This document shows positions 1 through 8,473 of a DNA stretch of 34,992 nt, piece by piece. The translations under genes and the position numbers were made by a program. Location of the stretch: IMG/VR virus record IMGVR_UViG_3300035520_000484, positions 1 to 34,992 of that record. One strand, given 5' to 3'. A model generated the notes under the pieces. The model was not told the origin of the DNA and did no database searches. It worked only from the letters and a program-made list of their open reading frames with translations. Numbering within the stretch: the first letter of the stretch is position 1; each line of letters starts with the position of its first letter. Source of the DNA: a virus (Duplodnaviria > Heunggongvirae > Uroviricota > Caudoviricetes).

Positions 1-831
1 TGATAACCCTGTGCATCCATTAGTATTAGCACCTACAACACCAACATCAACATCACGTGCATGTATAGAAGAAGGTATACCTTTTGGATTATTTTTGTCT
101 ACCATAGCTTGAGTCCTTCTTATAAATGAAGGTGCCCCGCCATAAGAACCACTACGAGTAGTAAAATAAACACCTGCTGGAGTGGCCAAATTTCCTTTTA
201 AGTTATCTATATGCTAATTAGGTTTCGTATATGTAATGGTCATTTCATCAGGATCCACTATAGTATCTTCATAATGCCATGAAGGAACCTTTATTACCTA
301 ACCAATTCTTAAGAAATTTGGATTCTTTATTTCTTCATTTAATTCCTGTAATTTTGATACAGTAGTATTATATCTTTTTGCTAGTGTAGATAAATAATCT
401 CCAGATTGAATTGTATAATTTTTCGTATCTGCTACTTTTTTATTAAAATGATTTCCAAAAGTAGTCGAGTATTTACCATGTATAGCTTTAAAAGATTTAA
501 TTAAATTTCCGTTAATATAAACGTTTAATGTATTATTCTTTTTATCATCTATTATATAAGGGGTATTACTAGGATTATTAGCATAATAAGTATTAATAAT
601 ATCTTCATTATTTTTACTATTAATATTTGCTTCAATAGCCTATGTTTCAGAAAGAGTACGTGGCGTATAAGATGCAGTTTGTTTATTAGTATTTAAATAA
701 TCGAGATAAGCTTGTTTAGTTCTAGGACCAAAAATACCATCTGCTTCTTTATACCCCCCCTGATTATTTAATTCGTTACTTAAAAATCCCTATTTAATTA
801 GCTCTAACTAAAGCTGTTTTATATCATCCAT
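1..831 (-). CDS. PG-binding + LysM + YkuD-like L,D-transpeptidase-fold protein (3' end outside window; TAG=Gln)
   Basis: ATG at 831, open to the window edge with only TAG interruptions. Motifs: N-terminal IKQLQLELIKQG...ADGIFGPRTKQA (PG_binding_1), LysM YTIQSGDYLSTLAKRYNTTVSKLQELN...RIGQVIKVP, YkuD-type YIIDDKKNNTLNVYINGNLIKSF, TPAGVY and SIH-x12-TNGC. Confidence 0.8.
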
Positions 832-1589
832 ATAAATAACAAAATTTGTATAATCTACCCAATAGCACCTCCTATTAGAGTTGCTGCAATATCTAACCAA
901 TCAAATTCTCCGCCATATTGCTTATCTTTAAATTCCATTCCAAACGCGCATCCAAGTACACATAGAATAGAAAATACAATACCAATAGGTATTGCATATA
1001 ATAAATGTTTTTGTCTATTACTCTCAGTTATCCAGCTCATTTTAAAAAAAGTAAATCCTTTTTCAGTTAATCCTAATTTTCTTAATTCCTTATTAGCTAT
1101 CTTTTTATATTCTTCATTTTCAAATTCAGGAAAATAATTATTGATATAGCCATTTACTCTATTCTAGACTCCTTGAATTTTTTTTGTATATCTTTCCTGT
1201 CCTAGTATAGGATCATACTAATATTTTCCTTGAAATAGTGCATTCATATAACTATTTAAAGAACTAGAATTAGGAACATCAGGAAATTTTATTAACATAT
1301 TATCAACAAAGCTATTAGCATAATCATCCATGTTTTCAAATTTCTAGAATCCATTTTCATAACCACCATTTGATAAACCACCATAATTATGATTGTTGAT
1401 TGCTTGTTCAGAAGTTCCATATCCAGATTCAAAAGCAGCCTAATAAGCTCCGAAAGTAGCTAACCTTTTTAAGGAACCAATATTAAAATCAGGAAATCTT
1501 TTCTTGTAAGCATTATATAAAGCTTTATGTATTCTTGCAATAAATAATTCTTTATTGTCTTTAAACTAATTTACTATATTATTCGGCAT
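819..1589 (-). CDS. GH73/FlgJ-like glucosaminidase/muramidase reading in frame into a small membrane protein (256 aa, TAG=Gln); the 819-1040 part may be a separate gene from ATG 1040
   Basis: Checked codon by codon: no TAA/TGA from ATG 1589 to TAA 819-821. Motifs QAAFESGYGTS, NHNYGGL and FQKFENMDDY. The C-terminal 73 aa (MSWITESNRQKHLLYAIPIG...IGQIIQILLFIWMI) are hydrophobic. Confidence 0.7.
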
Positions 1590-2679
1590 TTAGATATTTT
1601 AATACATTATTATAAGTTCTAGCTACAGATAATCCATACTACTTATTAAAAGGTTCATATCCTCTATTAGCTAATGTCTACATTGCGGTAGATATATTAC
1701 TATTTGCAGTAAAAGTACTAAAGAATTTATATCTATCTTTAGATAGAAAATCAATTTTACCTAAAACATAATCTTCAATGGAATTAAAATCTCTCCATTT
1801 ACGATCACCTGTTCTATTATGCCAGTCTGTTCCTGTAGTTGTTAGATTTCCGTAATTATAATCTCCTTTTACTGATTTACCCCAATTAGTCTCAATTGCA
1901 TCTTGCGCAACTAACATTGTAGCATAATTTGGATCTAATCCTTTTTCTTGTAAACCTTTACGGTAAGCTTCGGTTAATGTTTTAGTAAAGTCTTTTGGAT
2001 TACTAAAAGTTTTCTATTGAGTAATTTGAGTAGAATCATCAATAACTCTTCGTATTGATTTAATACGAGAAGTACTTGTTAATTCTCTTTCCTAAATTCC
2101 TTTATCTTTTCCAATTGCTTCAATACAATATATATGTCCATCAACAACTTGACTTACTAAACGAACGTGACCTCCTGAAGGTGGCCCAGAAGATTCATAT
2201 ATAATATCTCCAGGTTTAGCATCTTCCAATTTTACGGCTTTACCTATCTTACCCATTTGATGACTTGTTCTAGGTAGTTTAATACCAAACTATCCAAAGG
2301 CATATTTAATTAAACCTGAACAATCAAATCCTTCTTCAGGAGTTTCATGGGCGTAATTATAAGGTGTACCTACATAAGTTCTTGCTAAATCAACAATACT
2401 TTCAGCAGTAGATTTATGAGCTTTAGTACTTCCTTGCTGTGTAGGGGTATCTGAATCTAAATCTCTATCTGTATCAATTATAGGATCATTTGAAATTGAG
2501 TATGCAGATTCATAAGGACTTACAACACCATCAAAGGAGGAAGAAGAAGATGTAGTAGAATTTTCTGAAGAAGTTTCAGAATTTAGATCAGGAGGATCTG
2601 GAAATGATATTTGATTTGTATAATAATTCTTAGGAGGATTAACTCCTTCATAAGAAGTAAACATCTAAGAGAAATTCAT
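1579..2679 (-). CDS. NlpC/P60 peptidase + GH73-like glycosidase fusion (366 aa, TAG=Gln)
   Basis: Joins track ORFs 2290-2664 and 1678-1917 in one frame across TAGs. NlpC/P60 motifs GTPYNY, GFDCSGL, LPRTS, PGDII, GHV, CIEA. GH73 motifs AQDAIETNWGK, YNYGNL, WRDFNSIEDY, RGY. Ser-rich linker near the N-terminus. Confidence 0.85.
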
Positions 2680-2682
2680 ATA

Positions 2683-3048
2683 TTATCTGTTTTTAGATTG
2701 TTTAAATTTTTTAATATATTGTTTATCAGATATTTTGTTACCAGATAAGGTACCTCCACTTTCATGTTTCCATTTTCTAGCATTAGCTGCAAAGGTAGCT
2801 CTCTTTCTGATTTTTGGATCCTTGCTTTGTTTACCTTTTGCAATACATTCTGAAGTTACTTTTCCATTACAATAATCTGTAAACTTACCTTTATTAGCTT
2901 TTTTAATCTATATTTTATTTCCTTTTTTAAGGAAGAAAAACTATGTCGGACTTTTATTCAAAAAAGTCTCGTTTAGATTCTATTGATTCTTATCAATAAA
3001 TGATATAATATTATTAATTTGGTTAAGTTTACTATTGTTTATTCCCAT
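2683..3048 (-). CDS. Small basic hypothetical protein of a type seen in crAss-like phages (121 aa, TAG=Gln)
   Basis: ATG 3048 to TAA 2683-2685. Sequence KKGNKIQIKKANKGKFTDYCNGKVTSECI...RKRATFAANARKWKHESGG. The start codon is less certain than the stop. Confidence 0.7.
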
Positions 3049-3072
3049 AATCTTACCTTAACACGATTTTAT

Positions 3073-3103
3073 TTTGAATGTTCAAATTTAATAATTATAT
3101 TTG
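3073..3103 (+). promoter_or_regulatory. Bacteroidota primary-sigma-type promoter (-33 TTTG, -7 TAnnTTTG) for the rightward operon
   Basis: TTTG at 3073-3076, 19-nt spacer, TATATTTG at 3096-3103, in the divergent intergenic gap. Matches the Bacteroides consensus TTTG-N19-21-TAnnTTTG. Confidence 0.7.
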
Positions 3104-3114
3104 CATATACCAAA
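3083..3114 (-). promoter_or_regulatory. Bacteroidota primary-sigma-type promoter for the leftward peptidoglycan-enzyme operon
   Basis: Plus-strand CAAA at 3111-3114 (TTTG on minus), 20-nt spacer, plus-strand CAAATTTA at 3083-3090 (TAAATTTG on minus). Confidence 0.65.
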
Positions 3115-3122
3115 TGAATTTT

Positions 3123-3143
3123 CTATCAATCTAATATTGATAG
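3123..3143. repeat. Perfect 8-bp inverted repeat (operator or 5' UTR hairpin)
   Basis: CTATCAAT-ctaat-ATTGATAG, extendable with a bulge by flanking TGAA...TTCA. Lies directly beside the promoter pair. Confidence 0.5.
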
Positions 3144-3207
3144 TTCACCTTAATACAACTTTAATAAACACACGTAGTAATACAGATTAAAACGTAGAAC
3201 TCGACAC

Positions 3208-3426
3208 ATGACTAAGAATCAAAAATTAAATTTACAACTAATAGCAGCTATGTTATTAATTGTTGTTGGTATTGGTCTACTTGTTGCTGGATTTATAGTT
3301 GCCCCTCTAGGCATTATTGATGCAAGTGTGCTTACAGCCTTTGGTGAAACTTGCACTTTTGGAGGAGCGTTATTCGGCATAGATTATACTTACAAATATA
3401 AGATCCACACTTCTAGTAATCAATAA
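3208..3426 (+). CDS. Holin-like small two-TM membrane protein
   Basis: 72 aa with two hydrophobic segments (LIAAMLLIVVGIGLLVAGFIV; VLTAFGETCTFGGALFGI) and a basic C-terminus. Divergent from the cell-wall enzyme cluster. Holin function is inferred. Confidence 0.55.
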   Translation: MTKNQKLNLQLIAAMLLIVVGIGLLVAGFIVAPLGIIDASVLTAFGETCTFGGALFGIDYTYKYKIHTSSNQ

Positions 3427-3466
3427 GATTTTATTATTTATGTAATAATATATATTTATAGGTATA

Positions 3467-5389
3467 ATGAATATTGATAAACAAAATGGTGATGTCTGTT
3501 TCAATGATGCTGAGCATCGGTATTGGAACATAAATGATAATGAACAATATATATCAGTTACAACCTTAATCCATTCATTTACTCAACCATTTGACTCGGA
3601 TTTTTGGTCAAGTTATAAAGCATTGGAGAAAATTCTTCCAAAAGATAGCTGGGCACTGGAGAAGAAATCTTTATTAAATTCTAAAAGATTTGATACATCT
3701 ATCCTAGATTTATATAATATTTCAGAAAATGACTTTAATAGAGTTAAACAAGGTATTCTAGATGAATGGGATGCGGAAAATAGAAAATCGTGTGAGCGTG
3801 GAACCAAGATTCATTCAGATATAGAAAATTCATTTTATATAAAGCCTAAAGATATTTCCCTTCAAAAGTTTGGTATTGGAGGGAAATTTGAATGTAAAAA
3901 AGATTATACTGACTTAGATTTAGAGTATGGTGTTTATCCAGAATACCTAATATCAAGAACATCTGATGATGGTATATTAAGGATAGCAGGACAGATTGAC
4001 TTAATCGTTAAATCTGGCAATGAAATCACAATAATTGACCACAAGGGACTTCCTTTAGATACTCCTATATTAACTTCTAATGGATGGTCCACAATGGGAG
4101 ATTTAAAGGTTGGAGATAAAGTATTTGATAAAGATGGAAATTTATGTAATGTTACAGTTAAATCGGCTGTACATAATAATCCTTGTTGTAAAATTAAATT
4201 TGATAATGCTGAAAGTATTACTGCTGATATTGATCATAGATGGTTGATTTCTTTCAAATTACAAAAACCTACAAAAAGAAATCCAGATGGATACAAGCAT
4301 CAAGTTATGACAACAATGGAATTAAAAACATATTTGGACTCTTTAGAAAAAAGAAATACTAATAATATACCTAAAATATTAAATGCAAAACCTTTAAATA
4401 ATAATAAGAGTAAACTTCCATTAGATCCTTATGTATTAGGTGCATGGTTAGGTGATGGTAGTAAAGATTGTGGAATACTTACACAAGCTACTAATTCACC
4501 GATGTGGGATGAAATACAATCTAGAGGATATGAAATAGGAGAAAATTTAAATCACGACCCTGAAAGAGCTAATACAGATATGCGTACTATATATGGAATA
4601 AGAGGGATATTAAATTATTTAGGCGTACTAAATAATAAACATATTCCAGATATTTATTTATTATCTTCGTATGAAGATAGACTTGATTTGTTAAGAGGAT
4701 TAATGGATACAGATGGTTATTATCATCCTAAAAGAAAAAGATTTGTAATGACTACATCATTTGATTGGCAAATGAAAGGAATGAAACAATTAGTTTCATC
4801 TTTAGGATGCAAAGTTTCAGTATTTCGAGAAATCCATAAATGCAATGGAAAAGAATTTCCAGGGTGGAATATTAATTTTACTAGTAAATTTAATCCATTT
4901 TTAATTAGAAATACAGAAATAGAAAATAATATCATTAAAGACAATAATTCTTTTAGAAATATAGAATCTGTAGAATTTGTTGATACGGTTCCTACACAAT
5001 GCATTGCTGTAGATAGTCCATCTCATACTTATCTTTGTACAGATTCATTAATAGTAACGCATAATACTAACAAAAAAATTGATCAGAAGGGATTCTTTGA
5101 TACTAAAACTAAGACATCTGCTAAGATGAAGTACCCTCTTAATAACTTAGATGACACTAACTTTTGGCATTATACTATGCAGCTTTCTACTTATGCATGG
5201 ATGTTACAAAAAATTAATCCTAACTTTGTAATTAAAGATTTAATATTAAATCATTATGACCATGAAGGAAATAATACTTTATATCATTGTGAATATCTAA
5301 AATCAGACGTAGAAAGGATGTTAGCGTATTATAAAAAGCAAGTTATTATAGAAAAACAAAAAGCTAAAAGAAAACGAATAGAATATTAA
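3467..5389 (+). CDS. PD-(D/E)xK (Cas4/RecB-like) nuclease interrupted by an intein; about 300 aa after splicing
   Basis: Extein motifs HRY..SVTTLI, RGTKIH, E-x-GQIDL-x-IIDHK|TNK, YTMQLSTYAWML. No TAG codons. Confidence 0.85.
   Translation: MNIDKQNGDVCFNDAEHRYWNINDNEQYISVTTLIHSFTQPFDSDFWSSYKALEKILPKDSWALEKKSLLNSKRFDTSILDLYNISENDFNRVKQGILDEWDAENRKSCERGTKIHSDIENSFYIKPKDISLQKFGIGGKFECKKDYTDLDLEYGVYPEYLISRTSDDGILRIAGQIDLIVKSGNEITIIDHKGLPLDTPILTSNGWSTMGDLKVGDKVFDKDGNLCNVTVKSAVHNNPCCKIKFDNAESITADIDHRWLISFKLQKPTKRNPDGYKHQVMTTMELKTYLDSLEKRNTNNIPKILNAKPLNNNKSKLPLDPYVLGAWLGDGSKDCGILTQATNSPMWDEIQSRGYEIGENLNHDPERANTDMRTIYGIRGILNYLGVLNNKHIPDIYLLSSYEDRLDLLRGLMDTDGYYHPKRKRFVMTTSFDWQMKGMKQLVSSLGCKVSVFREIHKCNGKEFPGWNINFTSKFNPFLIRNTEIENNIIKDNNSFRNIESVEFVDTVPTQCIAVDSPSHTYLCTDSLIVTHNTNKKIDQKGFFDTKTKTSAKMKYPLNNLDDTNFWHYTMQLSTYAWMLQKINPNFVIKDLILNHYDHEGNNTLYHCEYLKSDVERMLAYYKKQVIIEKQKAKRKRIEY
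4046..5065 (+). mobile_element. Intein (340 aa) with LAGLIDADG homing endonuclease; class-3 signature
   Basis: Block A GLPLDTPILTSNGW..MGDLKVGDKV, block B ITADIDHRW, LAGLIDADG blocks PYVLGAWLGDG and LLRGLMDTDG, block F VPTQCIAVDSPSHTYL, block G IVTHN followed by Thr+1. Confidence 0.92.
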
Positions 5390-5391
5390 TT

Positions 5392-5658
5392 ATGGACGTA
5401 GGGGCAATATTGCAAGGTCATGTAAATGAACTATTTGGAAGAAATGAAGATATTAGTCAAAAAAGATTAAATATATGTTATGCATGCCCACTTTATTCTA
5501 AGAGATTAGGAGGAATATGTAATAACAGATTATGGTTAAATGTAATTACTGGAGACGTTAGTACATATCCAAAACCAGGATATAAAAATGGTTGCAGCTG
5601 TAGACTTAGTGCAAAAACTAGACTGGCTAATGCTACCTGTCCAGTAGGTAAATGGTAA
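5392..5658 (+). CDS. Cys-rich putative Zn-binding protein
   Basis: Pattern RLNICYACP...C...GCSCRLSAKTR...CPVGKW; 88 aa, abuts both neighbours. Confidence 0.75.
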   Translation: MDVGAILQGHVNELFGRNEDISQKRLNICYACPLYSKRLGGICNNRLWLNVITGDVSTYPKPGYKNGCSCRLSAKTRLANATCPVGKW

Positions 5659-5665
5659 ATGAAAA

Positions 5666-6256
5666 ATGGCAAAAAACGTAAGACTAAACTTAACAAATGA
5701 TGAAAAACTAGCTCAAAATTTGATTGGGTTAGACAAGGAGCATGTTAATTTTAACATGAGTGAAGGTAACATTGATGATATTATAAAGAAAGAAAAATCA
5801 TATAAATTTAATGAAGAGCTAAATAAGGTAGCTGATAAGTTGGAAAGTAATCGTAAATTACTTGAAGAAAACGCACAGAATTTAGGTGATGATATTTCTA
5901 ATGTAGAAATTAAACCTATGTTTAATAGACTTTTATTTAAACCTTTTGCTCAAAATCCTTTCCAACGTATTAAGGTAGAAAATGGTATTATTATTGATGC
6001 AGGTACACTTACTCCTAAAGCTGATTATAATCCTAATACTGGTAAATATGAAGAAATGAAAGAATGGATTAAAACAGGAGTTGTTCAGGAAGTTGGACCA
6101 GAAGTTAAATATATTAGACCTGGTGATGTAATTTATTTCCGAGTAGATACATCTGTTCCTGTTCCTTTCTTAAAACAAGGATTATCTAGTATTTGTGAAA
6201 CTCAAGTCATTGCTGTAGTTAATGAAGGTTTAGAAGAACGTTTTAAAAATATTTAA
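5666..6256 (+). CDS. GroES/Cpn10-like co-chaperonin with N-terminal extension
   Basis: IKPMFNRLLFKP...NGIII...TGVVQEVGPEVKYIRPGDVIYF...ETQVIAVV follows the GroES pattern. Confidence 0.75.
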   Translation: MAKNVRLNLTNDEKLAQNLIGLDKEHVNFNMSEGNIDDIIKKEKSYKFNEELNKVADKLESNRKLLEENAQNLGDDISNVEIKPMFNRLLFKPFAQNPFQRIKVENGIIIDAGTLTPKADYNPNTGKYEEMKEWIKTGVVQEVGPEVKYIRPGDVIYFRVDTSVPVPFLKQGLSSICETQVIAVVNEGLEERFKNI

Positions 6257-6258
6257 TT

Positions 6259-6495
6259 ATGGAAGAAGAAAAGACTTATTTCTAGGCAGGTGATATTGTT
6301 CAGATGAAACAAGACCTGCCAAATAAACCTAAAATGGTCGTGGTTAAAAAAGTATCATCTATTTTTAAGCATGATCCAAAAAGAATAGAAGATAAAAAAT
6401 CAACTCTCAAAGGAATTAAATGTATGTGGTTTACTACTACTGGAGAGCTTCAAGAATATGTATTCAATACTAAGGATATTCAAATTATTGATTAA
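6259..6495 (+). CDS. YodC/DUF2158-like small protein (78 aa, TAG=Gln)
   Basis: ATG 6259; YFQAGDIVQMK..PKMVV...CMWF. The first TAG of the rightward operon is at 6283-6285. Confidence 0.7.
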
Positions 6496-6497
6496 TT

Positions 6498-7157
6498 ATG
6501 GACGAACAACAATTACAACAATAGGTAGTATAGTTAGTACAAGCAGCTATGCAAGGTGACCAAAAAGCACAATAGCAGATTCAGCAAATTATGTAGGCTG
6601 CTCAATAGGGTGACTAGCAAGCTGCTCAAATTGCACAGTTAATTCAAGCAGTTGCTCAACAAATGCAGCAGCAATCTCAAGAACAACAAGTACGTGCTGC
6701 TAAATTTGGTGCTAAACTAAATTATATTAAACAACTTCGTGGTGACTGCCCTGAAGGTTATGAAACAGCCTATTATAAAGCAGGAGGTCGCCTTTGCAAG
6801 AAGTGTATGAAAAAAGCTCAAGAAGGTGATTAGCTTACTTCAGTTTCTGATCAATTCAAAGCCTCTCGCAATAAGCTTCCTATGGATAAGTGTGGAAGTA
6901 AATTAAAAAAAAAGTACCTAACAGGCGGTAAACAGTAGGCTCCATAGTCTCGTTATACATAGACACAAAGAAGAGATAAATATGGAAATATAATTACTAC
7001 CAGAACTTGGAATGGAGAACCTAGATCTGTAAGTAAAATCTAGGATGAAGAAGAAGGTGAAACTATTTATTCTGATCATAAGGGGCGAACTCCCGTTGAA
7101 AAACAAGATAGTTTAGCAAATGTTTATTATAATGGGCCTAAAAAAATTAGAAAATAA
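6498..7157 (+). CDS. Gln-rich hypothetical protein (219 aa, TAG=Gln), possible virion/cargo protein
   Basis: MDEQQLQQQVVQLVQAAMQGDQKAQQQIQQIMQAAQQGDQQAA...AKFGAKLNYIKQLRGDCPEGY...CKKC. Missing from the code-11 track because of dense TAGs. Ends TAA, overlapping the next ATG. Confidence 0.8.
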
Positions 7158-7867
7158 TGAATTATATAGTATATTAGTTTAAATGTGGAGGCAAGCAAAA
7201 GAAAATAATTAAGGATTAGGATCCTGCAGAACCTATTACATTTCACGATGAAACTTATGATTAGCGAATAGCAGAAAATGAAGCACATCGCTAGGCAGCA
7301 AAAGCAGCATGGGATAAGGTAGGATGGTCTAATCTTGCTGACCATTCTCTTTTAACGAACCTTGCTAAAGCAGGTTATCACTACTGGATGGGTAATCCTT
7401 CACTTGGTGGTAATGATGAACATCCATTTGTTCCTTTGACAGGAACCGTTCCATTTATTGGAGGTATAAATCCTGCAGCTGCAGGAGTAGGTGTGTCTAG
7501 AGCAGCTGATGCTCTTAAATCACTTGGGCCTGTAGTTAAAACTGTAAATGGAGTAAAATATTACAGGTCTGCAAGTGGTGAAATTAAAACTGGAGAGGAA
7601 ATAGCTAAAGAAATAAAAGCTGCTCGTGATGCTAGAGTTCTTAAAGAAATGCAGAGAACTAACGATCCTCAAAGAAAGGCTCAGTTAAGAAGAGCTTTAA
7701 ATCATCCTGAAAAAGCAAGAAGAGATCTTTCTTATAAGGATAAAGTAACCTAGGATTATAATGATGCCAAAATGAGAGCTAACGATAAACGTTATGCTGA
7801 AAATAAACCTGGATATACTCCTAAGAAACAATGGGGAGGGGCATTCTTAAATAATAGATATAAATAA
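7157..7867 (+). CDS. Hypothetical protein (236 aa, TAG=Gln)
   Basis: TAATG coupling at 7155-7159; includes track ORF 7388-7753; ends KKQWGGAFLNNRYK-TAA. Confidence 0.7.
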
Positions 7868-7882
7868 TAAATTTAAAGAATA

Positions 7883-8473
7883 ATGACACAAAATATATTC
7901 CTATATGATAATGCTAATAATAGACTAACTTTGAATGTTCCCGAAATTCTTTTGGTTCGGGAGTTTGCTGAACTAATGAAGGATGAAAGGAATATATGTA
8001 AAGAGGATCCGAAAGGATAGTATGGTCTAAGAGCCTTTAGAGAATTTACTTATATTTGGCTTGCAATTGATTGGCATAGTATTTATGCTGATTATTCAGA
8101 ACAAGAACGTCATCAAGAAGCATTGAGAGATTCTGGATTAACTGATGAAGAATATAATAATCCAGAATTTCGTGCAGCTTGTAGGAAATATAGAAAGATT
8201 CAAGAAGAGAATCGTTCTATTAAACTATTAAAAGCCGCATAGACAGCTGTTGATGAATTTATAGATTATTTTAATAATCTGGATTTACAAGAAAGAGATA
8301 CTACGACTGGTAAGTATCTTAATCGTACTAAAGATGTTATGGCAGAAATGTCAAACATTTCAAAGGTTCTTGAAGAATTACAAACTCTTGAATCTTTAGT
8401 AAAGAAAGATTTAACTGAAAGTACTAATCTTCGTGGCAATGTTCGTGAAGATTTTGATCCTGGTGATTTCTAA
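7883..8473 (+). CDS. Conserved-type helical protein directly upstream of TerL; candidate terminase small subunit (196 aa, TAG=Gln)
   Basis: Open with two TAGs and coupled to TerL by TAATG. The function is inferred from position only. Confidence 0.6.

Noticed and set aside
754-760. C7 tract as a phase-variation site
   Set aside because: It is short and in frame (Gln-Gly-Gly), with no other support.
3049-3207. Suppressor tRNA or other ncRNA in the largest intergenic gap
   Set aside because: No cloverleaf or T-loop signature seen. The gap is explained by promoters and a short palindrome.
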